Assembly (NCBI RefSeq): GCF_009914755.1
Contig: NC_060942.1
From: the human T2T-CHM13v2.0 reference genome, Homo sapiens
Strand: one strand, 5' to 3'
DNA length: 64,000 bases
Below, piece by piece: positions 37,651 through 52,600 of this stretch. The notes under the pieces are model-generated. The model did not search any database. It saw only the letters and a list, made by a program, of their open reading frames with translations, and was not told the DNA's origin. Numbering within the stretch: position 1 is the first letter of the stretch; every line of letters starts with the position of its first letter. The translations under genes and the position numbers were made by a program.

Positions 37651-40600
37651 CCCATAAAAACTAGACAGAAGCATTCTCAGAAACTTACTCGTGATGTGTG
37701 TCCTCAACTAAAGGAGTAGAACCTTTCTTTTCATAGAGAAGTTTTGAAACGCTCTTTTTGTGGAATCTGCAAGTGGATATTTGGCTAGTTTTGAGGATTT
37801 CGTTGGAAGCGGGAATTCATACAAATTGCAGACTGCAGCGTTCTGAGAAACATCTTTGTGATGTTTGTATTCAGGACACAGAGTTGAACATTCCCTATCA
37901 TAGAGCAGGTTTGAATCACTCCTTTTGTAGTATCTGGAAGTGGACATTTGGAGCGCTTTCAGGCCTATGTTGGAAAAGGAAATATCTTCCCATAACAACT
38001 AGACAGAAGCATTCTCAGAAACTTATTTGAGATGTGTGTACTCAACTAAGAGAATTGAACCACCGTTTTGAAGGAGCAGTTTTGAAACACTCTTTTTCTG
38101 GAATCTGCAAGTGGATATTTGGCTAGCTTTGGGGATTTCGCTGGAAGCGGGAATACATATAAAAAGCACACAGCAGCGTTCTGAGAAACTGCTTTCTGAT
38201 GTTTGCATTCAAGTCAAAAGTTGAACACTCCCTTTCATAGAGCAGTCTTGAAACACCCCTTTTGTAGTATCTGGAACTGGACTTTTGGAGCGATTTCAGG
38301 GCTAAGGTGAAAAAGGAAATATCTTCCCATAAAAACTGGACAGAAGCATTCTCAGAAACTTGGTTATGCTGTATCTACTCAACTAACAAAGTTGAACCTT
38401 TCTTTTGATAGAGCAGTTTTGAAATGGTCTTTTTGTGGAATCTGCAAGTGGATATTTGGCTAGTTTTGAGGATTTCGTTGGAAGCGGGAATTCATACAAA
38501 TTGCAGACTGCAGCGTTCTGAGAAACATCTTTGTGATGTTTGTATTCAGGACACAGAGTTGAACATTCCCTATCATAGAGCAGGTTGGAATCACTCCTTT
38601 TGTAGTATCTGGAAGTGGACATTTGGAGCGCTTTCAGGCCTATTTTGGAAAGGGAAATATCTTCCCGTAACAACTATGCAGAAGCATTCTCAGAAACTTG
38701 TTTGTGATGTGTGCCCTCTACTGACAGAGTTGAACCTTTCTTTTCATAGAGCAGTTTTGAAACACTCTTTTTGTAGAATCTGCAAGAGGATATTTGCATA
38801 GCTTTGAGGATTTCGTGGGAAACGGGATTGTCTTCAGGTAAAATCTAGACAGAAGCATTCTCAGAAACTTCTTTGGGATGTTTGCATTCAAGTCACAGAG
38901 TAGAACATTCCCTTTGGTAGAGCAGGTTTGAAACACTCTTTTTGTAGTATCTGGAAGTGGACATTTGGAGCGCTTTCAGGCCCATGTTGGAAAGGGAAAT
39001 ATCTTCCCGTAACAACTAGGCAGAAGCATTCTCAGAAACTTATTTGAGATGTGTGTACTCAACTAAGAGAATTGAACCACCGTTTTGAAGGAGCAGTTTT
39101 GAAACACTCTTTTTCTGGAATCTGCAAGAGTATATTTGCCTAGCCTTGAGGATTTCGTTGGAAACGGGATTGTCTTCAGAGAAAATCTAGACAGAAGCAT
39201 TCTCAGAAACTTCTTTGGGATGTTTGCATTCAAGTCACAGAGTAGAACATTCCCTTTGGTAGAGCAGGTTTGAAACACTCTTTTTGTAGTATCTGGAAGT
39301 GGACATTTGGAGCGCTTTCAGGCCTACGTTGGAAAAGGAAATATCTTCCCATAACAACTAGACAGAAGCATTCTCAGAAACTAGTTTCTGATGTGTGTCC
39401 TCAACTAACACAGTTGAACATTTCTTTAGACAGAACAGTTTTGAAACACTCTTTTTGTGGAATCTGCAAGTGGCTATTTGGCTGGATTTGAGGATTTCGT
39501 TGGAAACGGGATTACATATAAAAAGCAGTCAGCAGCATTCTCAGAAAGTTCTTTGTGATGATTGCATTCAAGTCACAGAATTGAACATTCCCTTTCACAG
39601 AGCAGGTTTGAAACACTCTTTTTGTAGTGTGTGTAAGTGGACATTTGGAGCACTTACCGGCCTAAGGTGAAAAAGGAAATATCTTCCCATAAAAACTAGA
39701 CAGAAGCATTCTCAGAAACTTACTCGTGATGTGTGTCCTCAACTAAAGGAGTAGAACCTTTCTTTTCATAGAGAAGTTTTGAAACGCTCTTTTTGTGGAA
39801 TCTGCAAGTGGATATTTGGCTAGTTTTGAGGATTTCGTTGGAAGCGGGAATTCATACAAATTGCAGACTGCAGCGTTCTGAGAAACATCTTTGTGATGTT
39901 TGTATTCAGGACACAGAGTTGAACATTCCCTATCATAGAGCAGGTTGGAATCACTCCTTTTGTAGTATCTGGAAGTGGACATTTGGAGCGCTTTCAGGCC
40001 TATGTTGGAAAAGGAAATATCTTCCCATAACAACTAGACAGAAGCATTCTCAGAAACTTATTTGAGATGTGTGTACTCAACTAAGAGAATTGAACCACCG
40101 TTTTGAAGGAGCAGTTTTGAAACACTCTTTTTCTGGAATCTGCAAGTGGATATTTGGCTAGCTTTGGGGATTTCGCTGGAAGCGGGAATACATATAAAAA
40201 GCACACAGCAGCGTTCTGAGAAACTGCTTTCTGATGTTTGCATTCAAGTCAAAAGTTGAACACTCCCTTTCATAGAGCAGTCTTGAAACACCCCTTTTGT
40301 AGTATCTGGAACTGGACTTTTGGAGCGATTTCAGGGCTAAGGTGAAAAAGGAAATATCTTCCCATAAAAACTGGACAGAAGCATTCTCAGAAACTTGGTT
40401 ATGCTGTATCTACTCAACTAACAAAGTTGAACCTTTCTTTTGATAGAGCAGTTTTGAAATGGTCTTTTTGTGGAATCTGCAAGTGGATATTTGGCTAGTT
40501 TTGAGGATTTCGTTGGAAGCGGGAATTCATACAAATTGCAGACTGCAGCGTTCTGAGAAACATCTTTGTGATGTTTGTATTCAGGACACAGAGTTGAACA

Positions 40601-43600
40601 TTCCCTATCATAGAGCAGGTTGGAATCACTCCTTTTGTAGTATCTGGAAGTGGACATTTGGAGCGCTTTCAGGCCTATTTTGGAAAGGGAAATATCTTCC
40701 CGTAACAACTATGCAGAAGCATTCTCAGAAACTTGTTTGTGATGTGTGCCCTCTACTGACAGAGTTGAACCTTTCTTTTCATAGAGCAGTTTTGAAACAC
40801 TCTTTTTGTAGAATCTGCAAGAGGATATTTGCATAGCTTTGAGGATTTCGTGGGAAACGGGATTGTCTTCAGGTAAAATCTAGACAGAAGCATTCTCAGA
40901 AACTTCTTTGGGATGTTTGCATTCAAGTCACAGAGTAGAACATTCCCTTTGGTAGAGCAGGTTTGAAACACTCTTTTTGTAGTATCTGGAAGTGGACATT
41001 TGGAGCGCTTTCAGGCCCATGTTGGAAAGGGAAATATCTTCCCGTAACAACTAGGCAGAAGCATTCTCAGAAACTTATTTGAGATGTGTGTACTCAACTA
41101 AGAGAATTGAACCACCGTTTTGAAGGAGCAGTTTTGAAACACTCTTTTTCTGGAATCTGCAAGAGTATATTTGCCTAGCCTTGAGGATTTCGTTGGAAAC
41201 GGGATTGTCTTCAGAGAAAATCTAGACAGAAGCATTCTCAGAAACTTCTTTGGGATGCTTGCATTCAAGTCACAGAGTAGAACATTCCCTTTGGTAGAGC
41301 AGGTTTGAAACACTCTTTTTGTAGTATCTGGAAGTGGACATTTGGAGCGCTTTCAGGCCTACGTTGGAAAAGGAAATATCTTCCCATAACAACTAGACAG
41401 AAGCATTCTCAGAAACTAGTTTCTGATGTGTGTCCTCAACTAACACAGTTGAACATTTCTTTAGACAGAACAGTTTTGAAACACTCTTTTTGTGGAATCT
41501 GCAAGTGGCTATTTGGCTAGATTTGAGGATTTCGTTGGAAACGGGATTACATATAAAAAGCAGTCAGCGGCATTCTCAGAAAGTTCTTTGTGATGATTGC
41601 ATTCAAGTCACAGAATTGAACATTCCCTTTCACAGAGCAGGTTTGAAACACTCTTTTTGTAGTGTGTGTAAGTGGACATTTGGAGCACTTACCGGCCTAA
41701 GGTGAAAAAGGAAATATCTTCCCATAAAAACTAGACAGAAGCATTCTCAGAAACTTACTCGTGATGTGTGTCCTCAACTAAAGGAGTAGAACCTTTCTTT
41801 TCATAGAGAAGTTTTGAAACGCTCTTTTTGTGGAATCTGCAAGTGGATATTTGGCTAGTTTTGAGGATTTCGTTGGAAGCGGGAATTCATACAAATTGCA
41901 GACTGCAGCGTTCTGAGAAACATCTTTGTGATGTTTGTATTCAGGACACAGAGTTGAACATTCCCTATCATAGAGCAGGTTTGAATCACTCCTTTTGTAG
42001 TATCTGGAAGTGGACATTTGGAGCGCTTTCAGGCCTATGTTGGAAAAGGAAATATCTTCCCATAACAACTAGACAGAAGCATTCTCAGAAACTTATTTGA
42101 GATGTGTGTACTCAACTAAGAGAATTGAACCACCGTTTTGAAGGAGCAGTTTTGAAACTCTCTTTTTCTGGAATCTGCAAGTGGATATTTGGCTAGCTTT
42201 GGGGATTTCGCTGGAAGCGGGAATACATATAAAAAGCACACAGCAGCGTTCTGAGAAACTGCTTTCTGATGTTTGCATTCAAGTCAAAAGTTGAACACTC
42301 CCTTTCATAGAGCAGTCCTGAAACACCCCTTTTGTAGTATCTGGAACTGGACTTTTGGAGCGATTTCAGGGCTAAGGTGAAAAAGGAAATATCTTCCCAT
42401 AAAAACTGGACAGAAGCATTCTCAGAAACTTGTTTATGCTGTATCTACTCAACTAACAAAGTTGAACCTTTCTTTTGATAGAGCAGTTTTGAAATGGTCT
42501 TTTTGTGGAATCTGCAAGTGGATATTTGGCTAGTTTTGAGGATTTCGTTGGAAGCGGGAATTCATACAAATTGCAGACTGCAGCGTTCTGAGAAACATCT
42601 TTGTGATGTTTGTATTCAGGACACAGAGTTGAACATTCCCTATCATAGAGCAGGTTGGAATCACTCCTTTTGTAGTATCTGGAAGTGGACATTTGGAGCG
42701 CTTTCAGGCCTATTTTGGAAAGGGAAATATCTTCCCGTAACAACTATGCAGAAGCATTCTCAGAAACTTGTTTGTGATGTGTGCCCTCTACTGACAGAGT
42801 TGAACCTTTCTTTTCATAGAGCAGTTTTGAAACACTCTTTTTGTAGAATCTGCAAGAGGATATTTGCATAGCTTTGAGGATTTCGTGGGAAACGGGATTG
42901 TCTTCAGGTAAAATCTAGACAGAAGCATTCTCAGAAACTTCTTTGGGATGTTTGCATTCAAGTCACAGAGTAGAACATTCCCTTTGGTAGAGCAGGTTTG
43001 AAACACTCTTTTTGTAGTATCTGGAAGTGGACATTTGGAGCGCTTTCAGGCCCATGTTGGAAAGGGAAATATCTTCCCGTAACAACTAGGCAGAAGCATT
43101 CTCAGAAACTTATTTGAGATGTGTGTACTCAACTAAGAGAATTGAACCACCGTTTTGAAGGAGCAGTTTTGAAACACTCTTTTTCTGGAATCTGCAAGAG
43201 TATATTTGCCTAGCCTTGAGGATTTCGTTGGAAACGGGATTGTCTTCAGAGAAAATCTAGACAGAAGCATTCTCAGAAACTTCTTTGGGATGCTTGCATT
43301 CAAGTCACAGAGTAGAACATTCCCTTTGGTAGAGCAGGTTTGAAACACTCTTTTTGTAGTATCTGGAAGTGGACATTTGGAGCGCTTTCAGGCCTACGTT
43401 GGAAAAGGAAATATCTTCCCATAACAACTAGACAGAAGCATTCTCAGAAACTAGTTTCTGATGTGTGTCCTCAACTAACACAGTTGAACATTTCTTTAGA
43501 CAGAACAGTTTTGAAACACTCTTTTTGTGGAATCTGCAAGTGGCTATTTGGCTAGATTTGAGGATTTCGTTGGAAACGGGATTACATATAAAAAGCAGTC

Positions 43601-46600
43601 AGCGGCATTCTCAGAAAGTTCTTTGTGATGATTGCATTCAAGTCACAGAATTGAACATTCCCTTTCACAGAGCAGGTTTGAAACACTCTTTTTGTAGTGT
43701 GTGTAAGTGGACATTTGGAGCACTTACCGGCCTAAGGTGAAAAAGGAAATATCTTCCCATAAAAACTAGACAGAAGCATTCTCAGAAACTTACTCGTGAT
43801 GTGTGTCCTCAACTAAAGGAGTAGAACCTTTCTTTTCATAGAGAAGTTTTGAAACGCTCTTTTTGTGGAATCTGCAAGTGGATATTTGGCTAGTTTTGAG
43901 GATTTCGTTGGAAGCGGGAATTCATACAAATTGCAGACTGCAGCGTTCTGAGAAACATCTTTGTGATGTTTGTATTCAGGACACAGAGTTGAACATTCCC
44001 TATCATAGAGCAGGTTTGAATCACTCCTTTTGTAGTATCTGGAAGTGGACATTTGGAGCGCTTTCAGGCCTATGTTGGAAAAGGAAATATCTTCCCATAA
44101 CAACTAGACAGAAGCATTCTCAGAAACTTATTTGAGATGTGTGTACTCAACTAAGAGAATTGAACCACCGTTTTGAAGGAGCAGTTTTGAAACTCTCTTT
44201 TTCTGGAATCTGCAAGTGGATATTTGGCTAGCTTTGGGGATTTCGCTGGAAGCGGGAATACATATAAAAAGCACACAGCAGCGTTCTGAGAAACTGCTTT
44301 CTGATGTTTGCATTCAAGTCAAAAGTTGAACACTCCCTTTCATAGAGCAGTCCTGAAACACCCCTTTTGTAGTATCTGGAACTGGACTTTTGGAGCGATT
44401 TCAGGGCTAAGGTGAAAAAGGAAATATCTTCCCATAAAAACTGGACAGAAGCATTCTCAGAAACTTGTTTATGCTGTATCTACTCAACTAACAAAGTTGA
44501 ACCTTTCTTTTGATAGAGCAGTTTTGAAATGGTCTTTTTGTGGAATCTGCAAGTGGATATTTGGCTAGTTTTGAGGATTTCGTTGGAAGCGGGAATTCAT
44601 ACAAATTGCAGACTGCAGCGTTCTGAGAAACATCTTTGTGATGTTTGTATTCAGGACACAGAGTTGAACATTCCCTATCATAGAGCAGGTTGGAATCACT
44701 CCTTTTGTAGTATCTGGAAGTGGACATTTGGAGCGCTTTCAGGCCTATTTTGGAAAGGGAAATATCTTCCCGTAACAACTATGCAGAAGCATTCTCAGAA
44801 ACTTGTTTGTGATGTGTGCCCTCTACTGACAGAGTTGAACCTTTCTTTTCATAGAGCAGTTTTGAAACACTCTTTTTGTAGAATCTGCAAGAGGATATTT
44901 GCATAGCTTTGAGGATTTCGTGGGAAACGGGATTGTCTTCAGGTAAAATCTAGACAGAAGCATTCTCAGAAACTTCTTTGGGATGTTTGCATTCAAGTCA
45001 CAGAGTAGAACATTCCCTTTGGTAGAGCAGGTTTGAAACACTCTTTTTGTAGTATCTGGAAGTGGACATTTGGAGCGCTTTCAGGCCCATGTTGGAAAGG
45101 GAAATATCTTCCCGTAACAACTAGGCAGAAGCATTCTCAGAAACTTATTTGAGATGTGTGTACTCAACTAAGAGAATTGAACCACCGTTTTGAAGGAGCA
45201 GTTTTGAAACACTCTTTTTCTGGAATCTGCAAGAGTATATTTGCCTAGCCTTGAGGATTTCGTTGGAAACGGGATTGTCTTCAGAGAAAATCTAGACAGA
45301 AGCATTCTCAGAAACTTCTTTGGGATGCTTGCATTCAAGTCACAGAGTAGAACATTCCCTTTGGTAGAGCAGGTTTGAAACACTCTTTTTGTAGTATCTG
45401 GAAGTGGACATTTGGAGCGCTTTCAGGCCTACGTTGGAAAAGGAAATATCTTCCCATAACAACTAGACAGAAGCATTCTCAGAAACTAGTTTCTGATGTG
45501 TGTCCTCAACTAACACAGTTGAACATTTCTTTAGACAGAACAGTTTTGAAACACTCTTTTTGTGGAATCTGCAAGTGGCTATTTGGCTAGATTTGAGGAT
45601 TTCGTTGGAAACGGGATTACATATAAAAAGCAGTCAGCGGCATTCTCAGAAAGTTCTTTGTGATGATTGCATTCAAGTCACAGAATTGAACATTCCCTTT
45701 CACAGAGCAGGTTTGAAACACTCTTTTTGTAGTGTGTGTAAGTGGACATTTGGAGCACTTACCGGCCTAAGGTGAAAAAGGAAATATCTTCCCATAAAAA
45801 CTAGACAGAAGCATTCTCAGAAACTTACTCGTGATGTGTGTCCTCAACTAAAGGAGTAGAACCTTTCTTTTCATAGAGAAGTTTTGAAACGCTCTTTTTG
45901 TGGAATCTGCAAGTGGATATTTGGCTAGTTTTGAGGATTTCGTTGGAAGCGGGAATTCATACAAATTGCAGACTGCAGCGTTCTGAGAAACATCTTTGTG
46001 ATGTTTGTATTCAGGACACAGAGTTGAACATTCCCTATCATAGAGCAGGTTTGAATCACTCCTTTTGTAGTATCTGGAAGTGGACATTTGGAGCGCTTTC
46101 AGGCCTATGTTGGAAAAGGAAATATCTTCCCATAACAACTAGACAGAAGCATTCTCAGAAACTTATTTGAGATGTGTGTACTCAACTAAGAGAATTGAAC
46201 CACCGTTTTGAAGGAGCAGTTTTGAAACTCTCTTTTTCTGGAATCTGCAAGTGGATATTTGGCTAGCTTTGGGGATTTCGCTGGAAGCGGGAATACATAT
46301 AAAAAGCACACAGCAGCGTTCTGAGAAACTGCTTTCTGATGTTTGCATTCAAGTCAAAAGTTGAACACTCCCTTTCATAGAGCAGTCCTGAAACACCCCT
46401 TTTGTAGTATCTGGAACTGGACTTTTGGAGCGATTTCAGGGCTAAGGTGAAAAAGGAAATATCTTCCCATAAAAACTGGACAGAAGCATTCTCAGAAACT
46501 TGTTTATGCTGTATCTACTCAACTAACAAAGTTGAACCTTTCTTTTGATAGAGCAGTTTTGAAATGGTCTTTTTGTGGAATCTGCAAGTGGATATTTGGC

Positions 46601-49600
46601 TAGTTTTGAGGATTTCGTTGGAAGCGGGAATTCATACAAATTGCAGACTGCAGCGTTCTGAGAAACATCTTTGTGATGTTTGTATTCAGGACACAGAGTT
46701 GAACATTCCCTATCATAGAGCAGGTTGGAATCACTCCTTTTGTAGTATCTGGAAGTGGACATTTGGAGCGCTTTCAGGCCTATTTTGGAAAGGGAAATAT
46801 CTTCCCGTAACAACTATGCAGAAGCATTCTCAGAAACTTGTTTGTGATGTGTGCCCTCTACTGACAGAGTTGAACCTTTCTTTTCATAGAGCAGTTTTGA
46901 AACACTCTTTTTGTAGAATCTGCAAGAGGATATTTGCATAGCTTTGAGGATTTCGTGGGAAACGGGATTGTCTTCAGGTAAAATCTAGACAGAAGCATTC
47001 TCAGAAACTTCTTTGGGATGTTTGCATTCAAGTCACAGAGTAGAACATTCCCTTTGGTAGAGCAGGTTTGAAACACTCTTTTTGTAGTATCTGGAAGTGG
47101 ACATTTGGAGCGCTTTCAGGCCCATGTTGGAAAGGGAAATATCTTCCCGTAACAACTAGGCAGAAGCATTCTCAGAAACTTATTTGAGATGTGTGTACTC
47201 AACTAAGAGAATTGAACCACCGTTTTGAAGGAGCAGTTTTGAAACACTCTTTTTCTGGAATCTGCAAGAGTATATTTGCCTAGCCTTGAGGATTTCGTTG
47301 GAAACGGGATTGTCTTCAGAGAAAATCTAGACAGAAGCATTCTCAGAAACTTCTTTGGGATGCTTGCATTCAAGTCACAGAGTAGAACATTCCCTTTGGT
47401 AGAGCAGGTTTGAAACACTCTTTTTGTAGTATCTGGAAGTGGACATTTGGAGCGCTTTCAGGCCTACGTTGGAAAAGGAAATATCTTCCCATAACAACTA
47501 GACAGAAGCATTCTCAGAAACTAGTTTCTGATGTGTGTCCTCAACTAACACAGTTGAACATTTCTTTAGACAGAACAGTTTTGAAACACTCTTTTTGTGG
47601 AATCTGCAAGTGGCTATTTGGCTAGATTTGAGGATTTCGTTGGAAACGGGATTACATATAAAAAGCAGTCAGCAGCATTCTCAGAAAGTTCTTTGTGATG
47701 ATTGCATTCAAGTCACAGAATTGAACATTCCCTTTCACAGAGCAGGTTTGAAACACTCTTTTTGTAGTGTGTGTAAGTGGACATTTGGAGCACTTACCGG
47801 CCTAAGGTGAAAAAGGAAATATCTTCCCATAAAAACTAGACAGAAGCATTCTCAGAAACTTACTCGTGATGTGTGTCCTCAACTAAAGGAGTAGAACCTT
47901 TCTTTTCATAGAGAAGTTTTGAAACGCTCTTTTTGTGGAATCTGCAAGTGGATATTTGGCTAGTTTTGAGGATTTCGTTGGAAGCGGGAATTCATACAAA
48001 TTGCAGACTGCAGCGTTCTGAGAAACATCTTTGTGATGTTTGTATTCAGGACACAGAGTTGAACATTCCCTATCATAGAGCAGGTTTGAATCACTCCTTT
48101 TGTAGTATCTGGAAGTGGACATTTGGAGCGCTTTCAGGCCTATGTTGGAAAAGGAAATATCTTCCCATAACAACTAGACAGAAGCATTCTCAGAAACTTA
48201 TTTGAGATGTGTGTACTCAACTAAGAGAATTGAACCACCGTTTTGAAGGAGCAGTTTTGAAACTCTCTTTTTCTGGAATCTGCAAGTGGATATTTGGCTA
48301 GCTTTGGGGATTTCGCTGGAAGCGGGAATACATATAAAAAGCACACAGCAGCGTTCTGAGAAACTGCTTTCTGATGTTTGCATTCAAGTCAAAAGTTGAA
48401 CACTCCCTTTCATAGAGCAGTCCTGAAACACCCCTTTTGTAGTATCTGGAACTGGACTTTTGGAGCGATTTCAGGGCTAAGGTGAAAAAGGAAATATCTT
48501 CCCATAAAAACTGGACAGAAGCATTCTCAGAAACTTGTTTATGCTGTATCTACTCAACTAACAAAGTTGAACCTTTCTTTTGATAGAGCAGTTTTGAAAT
48601 GGTCTTTTTGTGGAATCTGCAAGTGGATATTTGGCTAGTTTTGAGGATTTCGTTGGAAGCGGGAATTCATACAAATTGCAGACTGCAGCGTTCTGAGAAA
48701 CATCTTTGTGATGTTTGTATTCAGGACACAGAGTTGAACATTCCCTATCATAGAGCAGGTTGGAATCACTCCTTTTGTAGTATCTGGAAGTGGACATTTG
48801 GAGCGCTTTCAGGCCTATTTTGGAAAGGGAAATATCTTCCTGTAACAACTATGCAGAAGCATTCTCAGAAACTTGTTTGTGATGTGTGCCCTCTACTGAC
48901 AGAGTTGAACCTTTCTTTTCATAGAGCAGTTTTGAAACACTCTTTTTGTAGAATCTGCAAGAGGATATTTGCATAGCTTTGAGGATTTCGTGGGAAACGG
49001 GATTGTCTTCAGGTAAAATCTAGACAGAAGCATTCTCAGAAACTTCTTTGGGATGTTTGCATTCAAGTCACAGAGTAGAACATTCCCTTTGGTAGAGCAG
49101 GTTTGAAACACTTTTTTTGTAGTATCTGGAAGTGGACATTTGGAGCGCTTTCAGGCCCATGTTGGAAAGGGAAATATCTTCCCGTAACAACTAGGCAGAA
49201 GCATTCTCAGAAACTTATTTGAGATGTGTGTACTCAACTAAGAGAATTGAACCACCGTTTTGAAGGAGCAGTTTTGAAACACTCTTTTTCTGGAATCTGC
49301 AAGAGGATATTTGCCTAGCCTTGAGGATTTCGTTGGAAACGGGATTGTCTTCAGAGAAAATCTAGACAGAAGCATTCTCAGAAACTTCTTTGGGATGCTT
49401 GCATTCAAGTCACAGAGTAGAACATTCCCTTTGGTAGAGCAGGTTTGAAACACTCTTTTTGTAGTATCTGGAAGTGGACATTTGGAGCGCTTTCAGGCCT
49501 ACGTTGGAAAAGGAAATATCTTCCCATAACAACTAGACAGAAGCATTCTCAGAAACTCGTTTCTGATGTGTGTCCTCAACTAACACAGTTGAACATTTCT

Positions 49601-52600
49601 TTAGACAGAACAGTTTTGAAACACTCTTTTTGTGGAATCTGCAAGTGGCTATTTGGCTAGATTTGAGGATTTCGTTGGAAACGGGATTACATATAAAAAG
49701 CAGTCAGCAGCATTCTCAGAAAGTTCTTTGTGATGATTGCATTCAAGTCACAGAATTGAACATTCCCTTTCACAGAGCAGGTTTGAAACACTCTTTTTGT
49801 AGTGTGTGTAAGTGGACATTTGGAGCACTTACCGGCCTAAGGTGAAAAAGGAAATATCTTCCCATAAAAACTAGACAGAAGCATTCTCAGAAACTTACTC
49901 GTGATGTGTGTCCTCAACTAAAGGAGTAGAACCTTTCTTTTCATAGAGAAGTTTTGAAACGCTCTTTTTGTGGAATCTGCAAGTGGATATTTGGCTAGTT
50001 TTGAGGATTTCGTTGGAAGCGGGAATTCATACAAATTGCAGACTGCAGCGTTCTGAGAAACATCTTTGTGATGTTTGTATTCAGGACACAGAGTTGAACA
50101 TTCCCTATCATAGAGCAGGTTTGAATCACTCCTTTTGTAGTATCTGGAAGTGGACATTTGGAGCGCTTTCAGGCCTATGTTGGAAAAGGAAATATCTTCC
50201 CATAACAACTAGACAGAAGCATTCTCAGAAACTTATTTGAGATGTGTGTACTCAACTAAGAGAATTGAACCACCGTTTTGAAGGAGCAGTTTTGAAACTC
50301 TCTTTTTCTGGAATCTGCAAGTGGATATTTGGCTAGCTTTGGGGATTTCGCTGGAAGCGGGAATACATATAAAAAGCACACAGCAGCGTTCTGAGAAACT
50401 GCTTTCTGATGTTTGCATTCAAGTCAAAAGTTGAACACTCCCTTTCATAGAGCAGTCCTGAAACACCCCTTTTGTAGTATCTGGAACTGGACTTTTGGAG
50501 CGATTTCAGGGCTAAGGTGAAAAAGGAAATATCTTCCCATAAAAACTGGACAGAAGCATTCTCAGAAACTTGTTTATGCTGTATCTACTCAACTAACAAA
50601 GTTGAACCTTTCTTTTGATAGAGCAGTTTTGAAATGGTCTTTTTGTGGAATCTGCAAGTGGATATTTGGCTAGTTTTGAGGATTTCGTTGGAAGCGGGAA
50701 TTCATACAAATTGCAGACTGCAGCGTTCTGAGAAACATCTTTGTGATGTTTGTATTCAGGACACAGAGTTGAACATTCCCTATCATAGAGCAGGTTGGAA
50801 TCACTCCTTTTGTAGTATCTGGAAGTGGACATTTGGAGCGCTTTCAGGCCTATTTTGGAAAGGGAAATATCTTCCCGTAACAACTATGCAGAAGCATTCT
50901 CAGAAACTTGTTTGTGATGTGTGCCCTCTACTGACAGAGTTGAACCTTTCTTTTCATAGAGCAGTTTTGAAACACTCTTTTTGTAGAATCTGCAAGAGGA
51001 TATTTGCATAGCTTTGAGGATTTCGTGGGAAACGGGATTGTCTTCAGGTAAAATCTAGACAGAAGCATTCTCAGAAACTTCTTTGGGATGTTTGCATTCA
51101 AGTCACAGAGTAGAACATTCCCTTTGGTAGAGCAGGTTTGAAACACTCTTTTTGTAGTATCTGGAAGTGGACATTTGGAGCGCTTTCAGGCCCATGTTGG
51201 AAAGGGAAATATCTTCCCGTAACAACTAGGCAGAAGCATTCTCAGAAACTTATTTGAGATGTGTGTACTCAACTAAGAGAATTGAACCACCGTTTTGAAG
51301 GAGCAGTTTTGAAACACTCTTTTTCTGGAATCTGCAAGAGGATATTTGCCTAGCCTTGAGGATTTCGTTGGAAACGGGATTGTCTTCAGAGAAAATCTAG
51401 ACAGAAGCATTCTCAGAAACTTCTTTGGGATGCTTGCATTCAAGTCACAGAGTAGAACATTCCCTTTGGTAGAGCAGGTTTGAAACACTCTTTTTTTAGT
51501 ATCTGGAAGTGGACATTTGGAGCGCTTTCAGGCCTACGTTGGAAAAGGAAATATCTTCCCATAACAACTAGACAGAAGCATTCTCAGAAACTCGTTTCTG
51601 ATGTGTGTCCTCAACTAACACAGTTGAACATTTCTTTAGACAGAACAGTTTTGAAACACTCTTTTTGTGGAATCTGCAAGTGGCTATTTGGCTAGATTTG
51701 AGGATTTCGTTGGAAACGGGATTACATATAAAAAGCAGTCAGCAGCATTCTCAGAAAGTTCTTTGTGATGATTGCATTCAAGTCACAGAATTGAACATTC
51801 CCTTTCACAGAGCAGGTTTGAAACACTCTTTTTGTAGTGTGTGTAAGTGGACATTTGGAGCACTTACCGGCCTAAGGTGAAAAAGGAAATATCTTCCCAT
51901 AAAAACAAGACAGAAGCATTCTCAGAAACTTACTCGTGATGTGTGTCCTCAACTAAAGGAGTAGAACCTTTCTTTTCATAGAGAAGTTTTGAAACGCTCT
52001 TTTTGTGGAATCTGCAAGTGGATATTTGGCTAGTTTTGAGGATTTCGTTGGAAGCGGGAATTCATACAAATTGCAGACTGCAGCGTTCTGAGAAACATCT
52101 TTGTGATGTTTGTATTCAGGACACAGAGTTGAACATTCCCTATCATAGAGCAGGTTTGAATCACTCCTTTTGTAGTATCTGGAAGTGGACATTTGGAGCG
52201 CTTTCAGGCCTATGTTGGAAAAGGAAATATCTTCCCATAACAACTAGACAGAAGCATTCTCAGAAACTTATTTGAGATGTGTGTACTCAACTAAGAGAAT
52301 TGAACCACCGTTTTGAAGGAGCAGTTTTGAAACTCTCTTTTTCTGGAATCTGCAAGTGGATATTTGGCTAGCTTTGGGGATTTCGCTGGAAGCGGGAATA
52401 CATATAAAAAGCACACAGCAGCGTTCTGAGAAACTGCTTTCTGATGTTTGCATTCAAGTCAAAAGTTGAACACTCCCTTTCATAGAGCAGTCCTGAAACA
52501 CCCCTTTTGTAGTATCTGGAACTGGACTTTTGGAGCGATTTCAGGGCTAAGGTGAAAAAGGAAATATCTTCCCATAAAAACTGGACAGAAGCATTCTCAG

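Larger units (their letters stand above)
30527..39685 (+). repeat. Three tandem copies of a 3053-bp (6-mer + 12-mer = 18-mer) super-unit
   Basis: 6-mers start at 30527, 33580 and 36633, each followed by one 12-mer (31545, 34598, 37651). Confidence 0.93.

Noticed and set aside
39270-39491. ORF extended by a lost stop codon (39484 A>G)
   Set aside because: A single private SNV adding two codons to a spurious ORF.
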